This document shows positions 9,613 to 19,084 of a stretch of 59,688 nt of DNA, piece by piece. Source of the stretch: Gemmatimonadota bacterium (lineage in GTDB: Bacteria; Gemmatimonadota; Gemmatimonadetes; Palauibacterales; Palauibacteraceae). Position 1 is the stretch's first letter; each line of letters opens with the position of its first letter. The stretch is from positions 1 to 59,688 of the forward strand of contig JBDHIM010000004.1 of assembly GCA_039587445.1 (NCBI GenBank), in the 5' to 3' direction. The notes below the pieces were generated by a model, which was given only the letters and a program-made list of their open reading frames with translations, ran no database searches and was not told where the DNA came from. A program made the translations under genes and the position numbers.

Positions 9613-11505
9613 TCAGAACGCACCTCCACCCCCACCCCCGAAGCCTCCGCCGGAGAAGCCCCCGCCCCCGCTGAACCCGGAGCCACCCGAGCTTCGCGGA
9701 CGCGAAGCCATGGTCTGCGACGTGGAGGTGGCCATGCGGGACAGGTCGCTCACGAACAGGCCGGTTCGGAACCCGTGCGGGTTCGAGCCGCGGTACCACC
9801 TGGGCGGCTCACGGTAGATCTCCTCGAACGCCGCCGCCCACCTGCTCTCCACGCCTAGGGCCATCGCGAACGGGAGGTACTTCTCGAACATCTCGGGGCC
9901 CGTGATCATCCGCTTGAATCGGTCGCTCTCGACCCGCTGCAGGAACTCCTCGAAGCCGCGAACCTTGGCGAAAACCCGTGTTCCACGAACGGTCCGGGCC
10001 GGCATGACGAGGCCAAAACCGGCGACGATCGCTCCGGTGAGGATCCCCGCGACGATCACGCTGGCCGGCGACTCTCCGAGCAAGGCCGCGATGACGTTGC
10101 CAGCGACCAGGGTGAGGACCGTGACAACGACGGCCACGCCGATGTACACGGCCTTCACCTTGTCGGGCCGGCGCTCGTAGTAGCGCTCCTCCAGAAGGTG
10201 CTTGAACATCCCATCCCGGATGGCGGGCAGGTCGCGGTAAAACTCGTTCTGCAGGTCCGAGAGGCTTACCGACGTGCCGGAGGAGCCGAACAACGCGTCC
10301 AGGAGCGCGACCTCGTGCGCCCCCAGCTCGTCCCACTCCCATTCCGCCCGTGGCCGCTCGACGCGGAAGATGTAGTCCGTGTCCGAGAGCAGCCCCAGCA
10401 GCATCTTCTTTTCCGTCTCCTCGATGCTCAGGTATCCGCGAACCGCCAGGTCTACCAGGGTGGCGGTGACGTCACGCATGTCGGGAGAGTGATCGGCGAG
10501 CACGCCTACCTCGCCCGGCGTAAGCCCTTCGGGAGGCTCGTACTGAGCGGCGATCGGCCCCGTCTCGGGATCTCTTCCGCGGGCGCGCCAGAGATTGAAC
10601 ATGAGAAAGAAGGCAGCGACCGGGAGGAACAGGGGCCAGTTTGCCCGCAGGAAACTCCCGACCTTGTCAGCCGCGCCCGGACGCTCGACCACGCCGGGAT
10701 CCCATGCGACGGCGACCGTCAGTCCCTCGCGGAACGCCAGCGCGCGGGTGGTCTCGATCCGAACATAGTTCTCGAGAACCTCGATGCTCGCGGCGGACTC
10801 GGTCGAGCCATAGGCGCCGGTGAACGCGCGTGCCCTGAGGCCCGTGATCTCGGCGGGAAGCACGATCTCCGCCGAGGCGTGCTCGATCGCCACGGGCCAC
10901 TCGTCGCCCGTCACGTTCCAATACAGCTCGTCCCAGGTCTCGAACTCGTCGCCGCCCTCGGGGAACCGGAGCCCGTTTTTCACGCTGTAGCGGATATGAA
11001 CCGTGCGCGTGGCATCGGAGGCGCCCGGCACCCAGATCTTTATCTTCTTGTACTGCCTCTCCCGGCTCTCCTCGTATCGAAGCTCGTTGCCCGAGCCGTC
11101 CGTCACCTCCTCGACGTCCAGAGCGAGCGCGTAGGTGAAGTTCTGCGCGTCGCGATAGCGGATAGGTATGGTTCGAAAGATGCCGTTGTAGGAGCCCGTG
11201 AAGCGCGGCCGGATCGTCTCGGTCACTTCGATACGTCCGCTCCGGCGCACACGCACCTGGACGTCGAAGCTCTCGATGACCCATTCGCGGAGGGCGGCCG
11301 TGGAGATCGCTTCGGCGCCCCGGGTTGCGCGCGGTGCACGCGGCACCGCAAGGCCGGCAGCGCCGGCGAACGCCAACGCCCCGACGGAAAGAACCAGCAG
11401 AACGGCCCGTCGCCCGCGGCGCGCCGCAGGCCCGTGCCTGGGCAGCGAACGAACCCTAGCCGGCCGTCCCGAAATCGACTTTTGGCGCCTCACGCTCCCG
11501 TTCAT
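9613..11505 (-). CDS. DUF2207 family membrane protein (start uncertain, probably downstream of 11505)
   Basis: DELYWNVTG, ATLVDLAVRGYL, FEKYLPFAMALGV, Gly/Ser-rich tail GGGFGGGGGGAF; typical neighbour of lemA. Confidence 0.88.
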   Translation of the reverse strand: MNGSVRRQKSISGRPARVRSLPRHGPAARRGRRAVLLVLSVGALAFAGAAGLAVPRAPRATRGAEAISTAALREWVIESFDVQVRVRRSGRIEVTETIRPRFTGSYNGIFRTIPIRYRDAQNFTYALALDVEEVTDGSGNELRYEESRERQYKKIKIWVPGASDATRTVHIRYSVKNGLRFPEGGDEFETWDELYWNVTGDEWPVAIEHASAEIVLPAEITGLRARAFTGAYGSTESAASIEVLENYVRIETTRALAFREGLTVAVAWDPGVVERPGAADKVGSFLRANWPLFLPVAAFFLMFNLWRARGRDPETGPIAAQYEPPEGLTPGEVGVLADHSPDMRDVTATLVDLAVRGYLSIEETEKKMLLGLLSDTDYIFRVERPRAEWEWDELGAHEVALLDALFGSSGTSVSLSDLQNEFYRDLPAIRDGMFKHLLEERYYERRPDKVKAVYIGVAVVVTVLTLVAGNVIAALLGESPASVIVAGILTGAIVAGFGLVMPARTVRGTRVFAKVRGFEEFLQRVESDRFKRMITGPEMFEKYLPFAMALGVESRWAAAFEEIYREPPRWYRGSNPHGFRTGLFVSDLSRMATSTSQTMASRPRSSGGSGFSGGGGFSGGGFGGGGGGAF

Positions 11506-12013
11506 CCTCGAGGCCGAAGAACTGGCGGCGTTGGAACCCGAACATGCCGGCCACCAGGTTTGACGGCACGGTGTGAATCTTCGTGTTGTAGTCGCGGACC
11601 ACAGCGTTGTAGTAGCGGCGCGCGTTCTGGACGGCGTCCTCGATCTCGTTCAAGGAGCCCTGCAGATCGGTGAAGCTCTCCACCGCCCGGAGCTGTGGGT
11701 ACGCCTCGGCCAGGGCGAAGAGCTGGCGGAGGGCTCCTGTCAGCACGTTTTCCGCCTGGGCCTTCGCTTCCGGATCCTGCACGCCCATCGCTCGGTTGCG
11801 GGCTTCGATCACCGCCTCGAGCGTGTCCTTCTCGTGGCTCGCGTAACCCTTTACCGTCTCGACGAGGTTGGGGATGAGGTCGTAGCGCCGCTTCAGCTGA
11901 ACGTCGATGTCCGCCCAGGAATTGTCGACGCGGACGCGAAGCTTGACGAGGCCGTTGTACATGCCGATGAAGGCCACGATCAATACGACCAGGATCAACA
12001 GGACGATCCACAT
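11456..12013 (-). CDS. lemA: LemA family protein
   Basis: N-terminal TM, WADIDVQLKRRYDLIPNLVETVKGYA, AEAYPQL, ARRYYN; ATG 12013 preceded by AAGGAG. Confidence 0.95.
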   Translation of the reverse strand: MWIVLLILVVLIVAFIGMYNGLVKLRVRVDNSWADIDVQLKRRYDLIPNLVETVKGYASHEKDTLEAVIEARNRAMGVQDPEAKAQAENVLTGALRQLFALAEAYPQLRAVESFTDLQGSLNEIEDAVQNARRYYNAVVRDYNTKIHTVPSNLVAGMFGFQRRQFFGLEDEREREAPKVDFGTAG

Positions 12014-12183
12014 GGTCAGCTCTCCTTGCTGGGGAAGCCTCCGGCGCGCCGCCATGTTCGCGCCGACGGCGCACAATAGGCAGCGGGAGGCCAGGCTGCC
12101 AGCGGCCGCTCCTGGGCCGGTCGCGCCCACGGATCGCGCCGTATCCGGCGGTGAGCCCGCTTGTCAGGCGGCGAGCCCGCGTC

Positions 12184-13089
12184 TCAGGCGGCAAGCCCGA
12201 AAGCGGCGCGGACGGTCGCCACGTGGATGGAGATCGTGTCGTCCGTGTTCAGGGCATAGCCGCCCGCGAGCACGATGGCCACGGGCACTCCCAGGTCGCG
12301 GAGCGTCTCGAGAACGAACGAGTCCCGCTCGGCCAGACCGTCCAGCGTCAGATCGAGTCCGCCCAGCTGATCCTCTCGATAAGGGTCGGCCCCGGCGAGG
12401 TAGAAGGCGAGCTCCGGTCGATGCTCTTCGAGCAACGCCGGAAGGCTCCGGCCGAGCAGATCGAGGTACTCCTGGTCATCGGTGCCGTCCCGAAGCCCGA
12501 CATCCACGTCGCTGGGCGGCTTGTCCATCGGGTAGTTCCACTCCTGATGCATGGAAAAGGTGGCGGTCCTGTCGTCGTCGGCGAAGATGGCTGCCGTCCC
12601 GTTTCCGTGGTGGACATCGAGGTCGACGACGACGGCCCGGCCCACCTCTCCACTCGCCTGGAGAGCCCGAATTGCCACGGCCACGTCGTTGATCAGGCAA
12701 AAGCCCTCGCCGTGATCAGGGAAGGCATGGTGAAAGCCTCCGCCGAGATGGACTCCCACGCCGGCTTCCAGAGCGAGCCGACCGGCCAGAATGGATCCGC
12801 CCGCGCAAAGACGTGAGGCGGCGGCGAGCTCGTCGGAGAACGGCACCTCGAGCTGGATGAGCTCCGCCATCGTCAGGTCGCCGCGCTCGATCTTCCGCAG
12901 GTACTCCGGCGAATGAACGAGCAACAGCTCCTCGTCCGACGCCGGTTGCGGCCGGATCAGGTCGTCCTTCGAGATCACATCTTCCGCGAGCAGTCGGTCG
13001 CGGATCAATCGGTACTTGAGGGTGGGGAAGACATGCGGGCCAATCTCTATCTCGTAGGATGGATCGAAAACCACGTGCGGCCGGCTCAT
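12184..13089 (-). CDS. Histone deacetylase family amidohydrolase (HDAC11-like)
   Basis: HVFP, GGGFHHA, GFC, DLDVHHGNGT, GADP...D, GGY; start taken at MSRPHVVF (13089). Confidence 0.92.
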   Translation of the reverse strand: MSRPHVVFDPSYEIEIGPHVFPTLKYRLIRDRLLAEDVISKDDLIRPQPASDEELLLVHSPEYLRKIERGDLTMAELIQLEVPFSDELAAASRLCAGGSILAGRLALEAGVGVHLGGGFHHAFPDHGEGFCLINDVAVAIRALQASGEVGRAVVVDLDVHHGNGTAAIFADDDRTATFSMHQEWNYPMDKPPSDVDVGLRDGTDDQEYLDLLGRSLPALLEEHRPELAFYLAGADPYREDQLGGLDLTLDGLAERDSFVLETLRDLGVPVAIVLAGGYALNTDDTISIHVATVRAAFGLAA

Positions 13090-13099
13090 GTCGTCCCGA

Positions 13100-14842
13100 T
13101 CAGGGTCGATCGATCCGCGGCAGCGATCCCCGGACGCGCCGTCCCAGCGCACGGCCCACGAACCGGAGGCGGTCCGCCCAGGGGAGGCGACCGAATGCCG
13201 TTCGCACGACACCCCTGGTGAAGTAGGTCTTTTCCGAGTAGTCGATGGCCACCTCGACCATCGCCGGTCGTCCCCCTTCGAGGGTGGACGCCGACCAATC
13301 GACCGCCCCTTCGACATCGGCGTTCGACCCGAGGTGCCGGTAATCGATCCCCACGGCCCTCGCCAGGGCGGAAAGGTCGTAGTCCGGCAGTTCGCTGCTG
13401 GTTCGGCGGCTCAGGGCGATGTCCTGAAACTGCGAGATCTGAGCGAGCTCCCGGTCACGCAGGACGAAAACGGCCGTGGCGGCTCCTTCCCGGGCGGCCG
13501 TGAGCAGCTCCAGGCCCGTCATGAGAAACGCTCCGTCTCCCGGCAGGGAGACCACCGGTACGCCGGGACGGGCGAGAGCCGCCCCGATAGAGGCAGGCAC
13601 GGCGTACCCCATGCACGAGTAGTCCACCGGCGCCAGGAATCGGCCTGGCGCCTCGAGGCGCAGCCACTCCATGGCGAGGAACGTCCCGTTGCCGCTGTCC
13701 GTGGCGTACACCGTCTCCGCCGGAAAGCGAGCCTGGAGGGCGCGGAAGAGGTTGGAGGGGGAGACGCCCGACTCTCCGTCCGCTCCGCGGGCACCCGCCA
13801 CCTCGGCGTGCCCGTCCGCGATGCGTCCACGCAACTCCTCGTCTTCGCTTCTCGGTCTCAGCTCGGCGAGAAGAGCCCGCACCACGGCACCCGCATCCCC
13901 GACGACCTCGACGGCCGCCTCGAAGTTGCGGCCCGGCACGGCCGGGTCGATGTCAACGTGGACCAGGGCGCCGGGTGGCTGAAGACCGTAGCTCCCGGTG
14001 CCCACCTCGGAGAAGCGACACCCGATGGCCAGCGTGCCGTCACAGCTCTCGGCCACCCGTCGGGCGAACGGCGGTGCCGCATCGCCGAACCCGGGCCAGA
14101 GGAAGAGCGGGTGGCTCTCCGGGAAGACCCCCTTGCCCTGGATCGTCGTCGCCACCGGAGCCTCCAGCCGTTCGGCCAGCTCCACGAGCGCCTCTGAGGC
14201 ACCGGCCGCTCCAAAGCCCACGTAGAGAAGGGGTCGGCCCGCTCCCTCGAGCGTCTCCAGGGCGCGCAGGATGGCGTCTCGTTCGAGCGTCGGACCGTCC
14301 TGGTGCTCCCCCTCCGCGGCCTTCTGCTCGACCGAGTCCTGCGCCAGGTAGTGGTCCGCCGGCACCTCCACCATCACCGGCCCCGGGACGCCCGCCCGAG
14401 CGATCGCACAGCCGCGCCGAACCGTCCGATAGACTTCGTCTCGGCGGCTGGCTCGAAGCGCTTTCTTCACGACCGGCGCGGCGATCGCCAGCTGGTCGAT
14501 GTCGTGCAGCTGGTAGGCGCGGTCGGTCTCGAGCCGGATGCCGCAAGCGAGCACGAGCATCGGGACGTTGTCGAGATAGGCTTCGGCGATCCCCGAAAGG
14601 GCGTGGGTGAGGCCGGCTCCGGGCACCACGTTGACGCACGCCATCCGGCCAGAGGCTCGCCAGTGTCCATCCGCCATGAAGGAAGCCGACTGCTCATCCG
14701 TCACCAGCACAGGCGAGACTCCTTCCGAAACCGCCAGCGCGTCGTAGAGCTCGATGTTGTGCGTGCCGGGGATGCCGAAGGCGTGAGCGATGCCCTCGTC
14801 TTCGAGCGCGCGCACGACAGCCTGCGCCGCGGTCAGCCTCAT
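13100..14842 (-). CDS. Thiamine-diphosphate-dependent enzyme (acetolactate synthase/decarboxylase-like)
   Basis: FGIPGTHN, DEQSASFMADG, GPVMVEVP, MGYAVPASIGA, GDGAFLM ThDP motif; ATG 14842 overlaps the GMC stop (ATGA). Confidence 0.9.
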   Translation of the reverse strand: MRLTAAQAVVRALEDEGIAHAFGIPGTHNIELYDALAVSEGVSPVLVTDEQSASFMADGHWRASGRMACVNVVPGAGLTHALSGIAEAYLDNVPMLVLACGIRLETDRAYQLHDIDQLAIAAPVVKKALRASRRDEVYRTVRRGCAIARAGVPGPVMVEVPADHYLAQDSVEQKAAEGEHQDGPTLERDAILRALETLEGAGRPLLYVGFGAAGASEALVELAERLEAPVATTIQGKGVFPESHPLFLWPGFGDAAPPFARRVAESCDGTLAIGCRFSEVGTGSYGLQPPGALVHVDIDPAVPGRNFEAAVEVVGDAGAVVRALLAELRPRSEDEELRGRIADGHAEVAGARGADGESGVSPSNLFRALQARFPAETVYATDSGNGTFLAMEWLRLEAPGRFLAPVDYSCMGYAVPASIGAALARPGVPVVSLPGDGAFLMTGLELLTAAREGAATAVFVLRDRELAQISQFQDIALSRRTSSELPDYDLSALARAVGIDYRHLGSNADVEGAVDWSASTLEGGRPAMVEVAIDYSEKTYFTRGVVRTAFGRLPWADRLRFVGRALGRRVRGSLPRIDRP

Positions 14843-16335
14843 CGAGTCGCGTCCTCTCGGATCGCCTCGGCCGCCCGATCGGCCAACGCCATGATCGTCA
14901 GGTAGGGGTTGATCTGGAGCGAGTCCGGGAAGAGGCTCGAGTCCGCCACTCGAAGCCATGGGTGCTTGTGCACGCGGCCCCAGGAGTCGGTCACCGAGTC
15001 ACCGGCGGAGCTGCCCATGCCGCAGCCGCCCATCAGGTGCGCGGCCGAGACCGGGACCGTGCCGGCGAGGAAATGCTCAGGCCGGATTCGCTCGTCGATC
15101 TCGCCCGCCTCGGTCGCACGAAGCTCTGGCGGGCTGGCCAGCGGCACGTGTACACGCGCGGCCCCGGCTCCGAAGAAGATCCTCGCCGACGCCCGGGTGC
15201 CCGCAGCGAGGGCCCGCACGACTTCATCCGTGAACCGATAGTGCACGACGGGTCCTCCTCCGGCGTCCACCGCGACCCGGTTCCCGGCTGTCGCCCGGTC
15301 GCAGGCCAACACGAGGATCATCTGGAGGCGGGGAAACGCACGCAGGAAGCTCTCGTTCGTCGCGCCGAAGCCGATGAGGCTCTTGGCGGTTACGAAGGGA
15401 AAGTACATGCAGGTCTCGAGCACATAGCCCTCCTCCACCGCTCGGTCGACGTAGTAGCTCTTCGGGTGGCCGACATCGTTGGTGATCTCGCGCGAGTGCT
15501 CCCCGACGAGGATGAAGGCGGGGTGGCAGGTGAACCCCTCTCCCAGCCGCGGCAGTCGCCTTCCGAAGCCGGAGCGAAGAAGGAGTGCCGGAGAGCCGAT
15601 CGCTCCTCCGGCCACGACGACGGTGCCCGCCCGAACGCGGTACTCGCCGGGCTCCCACTCCGACGGGCTTCCTTTCCCTCCTGCCGGTGCGACTGTCACC
15701 CGGACGACTACCAGCTTCTCCTCGATGCGCGTCGCTTCGGCGCGCGACACGACCTCGACGCCGCGTCTTTGCGCGGCCGGAAGCTGCACGCGATCCGTTC
15801 CCTGCTTGGCCGCGTTCGGGCAGCCGAGGTTGCAGAGGCTGGATCCTCGGCAGCCCTTCACATTGACCGGAAATTGTCGCGCCTCGAAACCGGCCTGCTC
15901 ACATCCCGCCGCGAACAGCGCGTTGTTCTCGTTGATCTCGACCGGCTCCAGCAGGTGAACGTTGTTCTGCCCGGCGAAGCGGCGGCATCGCTCCACCAGG
16001 TCCTCGTGGGAGAGCCCCGGAATCGCCCAGCTCTCGACGACCCGCGGCTCGGGGATGAGCGACGTGCCGGTGTAGACGGCGGTCGATCCACCGTAGACTC
16101 GGCCGAAGGCGAGCGTCATCGTTCCGTCGGCGGTGAGAAAGCCACCCGAGTCCGCGTACAGGGCCTCGGCCATCTCGATCTCTTCGCCGGTAAACTCCTC
16201 ATCGGTCAGTCTCGGGCCCTGCTCGATCAGCAGGATGCGGCGTCCCTGCTCCGCGAGAGGCGCGAGCCCCAGGGCGACCGTCCCTCCGCCCGCTCCGGAG
16301 CCGATGATCACGACGTCGTACTCGCGGTCTATCAC
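14839..16335 (-). CDS. GMC family FAD oxidoreductase
   Basis: DVVIIGSGAGG, GRVYGGST, CNLGCP, HLMGGC, VADSSLFP, NPYLTIMALA. Confidence 0.92.
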   Translation of the reverse strand: MIDREYDVVIIGSGAGGGTVALGLAPLAEQGRRILLIEQGPRLTDEEFTGEEIEMAEALYADSGGFLTADGTMTLAFGRVYGGSTAVYTGTSLIPEPRVVESWAIPGLSHEDLVERCRRFAGQNNVHLLEPVEINENNALFAAGCEQAGFEARQFPVNVKGCRGSSLCNLGCPNAAKQGTDRVQLPAAQRRGVEVVSRAEATRIEEKLVVVRVTVAPAGGKGSPSEWEPGEYRVRAGTVVVAGGAIGSPALLLRSGFGRRLPRLGEGFTCHPAFILVGEHSREITNDVGHPKSYYVDRAVEEGYVLETCMYFPFVTAKSLIGFGATNESFLRAFPRLQMILVLACDRATAGNRVAVDAGGGPVVHYRFTDEVVRALAAGTRASARIFFGAGAARVHVPLASPPELRATEAGEIDERIRPEHFLAGTVPVSAAHLMGGCGMGSSAGDSVTDSWGRVHKHPWLRVADSSLFPDSLQINPYLTIMALADRAAEAIREDATR

Positions 16336-16787
16336 GAGCCGCCGCCCTCGTTAGATCCGTTCGGAACATCGCCCATCAGGGCGGCCCAACCGCCAGGGTC
16401 GGCGCGGTACCCGACGCTGCGGCGGACCTCGGATCGTCCGTAGTAGCCGAGAAGAACGAGCGTCCGAAGGCCCCAGAAGCCACGGCGCAGGAGCAGAGCG
16501 GAGGAGCGCTGCATCCGCTCGAGGATCTCTTTCCGGCGATCGGCGTCCAGACGGCTGAAGCGTCGCCGGTGGCGGAGCAGCGAGCCCCACTCCAGAGCCA
16601 GGACGAGGAGACGAAGTCCCCGTCTGAGGCGAGGGGGGCGCGTGCGGAGCGCCGCCTCGATCCGGGCTTCGACATCCAGCCATCCTTCCGCATCCAGCCG
16701 AGCGGCGCCGGGGACGATCGTGACGGCGAGCGAGCGAAACGCGCGGCGCCCGGGCGGAGTCGGCGGAGCCAGTGGTGGCGAGGTCAC
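16332..16787 (-). CDS. Small partner protein resembling gluconate 2-dehydrogenase subunit 3
   Basis: Pattern RFSRLD...RRGFWGLRTLVLLGYY...VGY; stop overlaps the GMC start (GTGA). Confidence 0.65.
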   Translation of the reverse strand: MTSPPLAPPTPPGRRAFRSLAVTIVPGAARLDAEGWLDVEARIEAALRTRPPRLRRGLRLLVLALEWGSLLRHRRRFSRLDADRRKEILERMQRSSALLLRRGFWGLRTLVLLGYYGRSEVRRSVGYRADPGGWAALMGDVPNGSNEGGGS

Positions 16788-16895
16788 GTCGGGAACGATA
16801 GAGAGCTGGCGGAGGGGGGAGCAAGCCGACCCCGGTGTGGTAGGATCCGTCCGGGGCGAGAGGACTGTTGATCCGAGTACGACACGGAGGAGCGA

Positions 16896-17675
16896 ATGGA
16901 AGCGCCGCTATTTCAGGTCGACGCGTTCACCGACCGGATCTTTGCCGGCAACCCGGCGGCCGTGTGTCTGCTCGCGCGCTGGCCGGATGCCGGGGCGATG
17001 CAGGCGATCGCCTCCGAGAACAACCTCTCCGAGACGGCTTTCCTGGTCGGCGCCGGCTCCGTTTACGAGCTGCGCTGGTTCACGCCGGTCTCCGAGGTGG
17101 ATCTGTGCGGGCACGCCACGCTCGCCTCGGCCTTCGTGCTGTTCGAGCATTTCGGCGTTGACGGCGCCGTGATGTTCAACACCCGGAAAGGGGAGCTTTC
17201 GGTTCGGAGGAATGATGAGGGGCTCCTGCGGATGGACTTCCCGGCACTGCCGGCGAAGCTCGCCGACTCGCCCGACGGGATGCTGGAAGCGCTGGGCGGG
17301 TCACCGACCGAAATCCTGCTGGCGGACGACTATCTGGTCCGTTATTCGGAAGAGCGGGAGGTACGCGAGGTCGATCCCGACTTCGCCGCCCTCAGCGGCC
17401 TCGGGGCCCGGGGCGTCATCGTGACCGCGCCCGGTGACACGGTGGATTTCGTGTCCCGCTTTTTCGCTCCCGACTTGGGCGTCCCGGAGGACCCGGTCAC
17501 GGGTTCCGCTCACTGCACGCTCACGCCTTACTGGGCGGACCACCTCGGCAAGCGACGCCTGCACGCGCGCCAGGTCTCCCGGAGGGGCGGGGAACTCTGG
17601 TGCGAGCTCAGAGGCGACAGGGTGGAGATCTCGGGCAACGCCGTTCTCTATCTTTCGGGCTCGATCCGCTTCTGA
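16896..17675 (+). CDS. PhzF family isomerase
   Basis: QVDAFT, GNPAAV, NLSETAF, EVDLCGHATLA, EDPVTGSAH; GGAGG RBS. Confidence 0.93.
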   Translation: MEAPLFQVDAFTDRIFAGNPAAVCLLARWPDAGAMQAIASENNLSETAFLVGAGSVYELRWFTPVSEVDLCGHATLASAFVLFEHFGVDGAVMFNTRKGELSVRRNDEGLLRMDFPALPAKLADSPDGMLEALGGSPTEILLADDYLVRYSEEREVREVDPDFAALSGLGARGVIVTAPGDTVDFVSRFFAPDLGVPEDPVTGSAHCTLTPYWADHLGKRRLHARQVSRRGGELWCELRGDRVEISGNAVLYLSGSIRF

Positions 17676-17727
17676 GCGACGGCCCTGGCCCGCCAAGCCT
17701 CTGAGCCGTCACGAAACCTGACGGCCT

Positions 17728-19056
17728 TCAGCCCAGGACGCCCACGAAGCTTGATGGATCGACCCGGTAGCCGGGGAAGACTCGCTCGAGCTTTTCCGCG
17801 CCCAGGTGCCCGCTCACGACTTCAGCGAACACGTCCCGGAAATCGGTGGTGATCGCCAGGTCGCGCCCCTCGTACAGCTGCTCGCGCTCCAGGCCAGGCC
17901 AGCTCCCGAGCACGCGTCCGCCCGCGGTCGCTCCCCCGAGGATCAGCATGCAGTTCCCGTGGCCGTGGTCCGTTCCGCCCGAGCCGTTCTCCGCCGCGGT
18001 ACGGCCGAACTCCGACATCGTGACGACGACGACATCCTCGATCCGATCGCCCAGATCGTCATGGAACGCCCGGATGCCGCTCCCGAGCTCGGTCAGACGC
18101 TTGGCCAGCTGCCCCTGGGCACCCCCCTGGGCCAGGTGCGTGTCCCAGCCACTGATGTCCGTGAACGCCACCTCCAGCCCCACGTCGGCCTTGATCAGCT
18201 GAGCGATCTGCTGCAGCGAGCGGCCGAAGTCGCCGCGGGGATAGTCGATGCCGGCCCCCGGACGATACTGGAGCGGATCGGTCCGACGGATGAGCTCGAT
18301 CGCCTCGAAGGAGTCGCCGGCCGCGCCCGCGATGAGGTCGTTCTCCTCGCTTCTGTACATGCGCTCGAACACCGATTCGAGCTCCGGGCTGCGGCCGCCG
18401 GCGATCCCGAAGCGCTCCAGATCCGCGATCGCGACCGTCGGATACGAACCCCGAAGCGCCCGCGGCATCTCCGCCCCCACGGCCACGCCCCGCAACGGGG
18501 ACGACTCGGCCATGCTCACCTGGCCGCTCGCGTGATCCGCGCTGTGAGCGGCACCATCCGCCAGCGTCCGACCCGCGCACGAACAGGTGTTCTCGGTCAG
18601 CAGGCGGTTCATCCACCCGTCGCGCGTCGACTTGACCCCCGGCGTTCCCGACTCCATGAAGTCCTGTGCGTCGAAGTGCGAGCGTGTCGGATGGGGCGAG
18701 CCGGAGGCGTGCAGGATCGCCAGCTCTCCCTCCAGATAGAGGTCGTGAAGGCTCCGGAGCGACGGATGAAGCCCGAAGGACCCGTCCAGGTCGATCGCCG
18801 ACGCTCCGTCTCCCCGAGATGGCTGCGGCACGGCGATCGAGCGGCGAGCGCGGTAATAAGCCTTCTCTTCGAAGGGCACGACCATGTTCAACCCATCAAC
18901 CGCGCCGCGCTGGAAGATGAAGACGACCGTTTGCTGGCGGCCGTTGGATCTGGTCTCGGCCAGCAGGGTTCGGGTCAGAAAAGCGGGGGGCAGACCGATG
19001 GCCACGAGGCCCACCGCTCCCTGCTTGAGGAAGATCCGTCGGTTTATCGGTCGCAT
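17728..19056 (-). CDS. DUF1501 family protein, Tat-exported
   Basis: NRRIFLK twin-arginine signal, FQRGAVDGL, RSHFDAQ, GWDTH, SEFGRT, GTDHGHG. Confidence 0.9.
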   Translation of the reverse strand: MRPINRRIFLKQGAVGLVAIGLPPAFLTRTLLAETRSNGRQQTVVFIFQRGAVDGLNMVVPFEEKAYYRARRSIAVPQPSRGDGASAIDLDGSFGLHPSLRSLHDLYLEGELAILHASGSPHPTRSHFDAQDFMESGTPGVKSTRDGWMNRLLTENTCSCAGRTLADGAAHSADHASGQVSMAESSPLRGVAVGAEMPRALRGSYPTVAIADLERFGIAGGRSPELESVFERMYRSEENDLIAGAAGDSFEAIELIRRTDPLQYRPGAGIDYPRGDFGRSLQQIAQLIKADVGLEVAFTDISGWDTHLAQGGAQGQLAKRLTELGSGIRAFHDDLGDRIEDVVVVTMSEFGRTAAENGSGGTDHGHGNCMLILGGATAGGRVLGSWPGLEREQLYEGRDLAITTDFRDVFAEVVSGHLGAEKLERVFPGYRVDPSSFVGVLG

Positions 19057-19084
19057 CTCGACCTCCTTACGGCTCTCTCGCCGC

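Noticed and set aside
9613-9700. G/C-run-rich stretch as a DNA repeat element
   Set aside because: It encodes the ordinary Gly-rich C-terminus of DUF2207 proteins.
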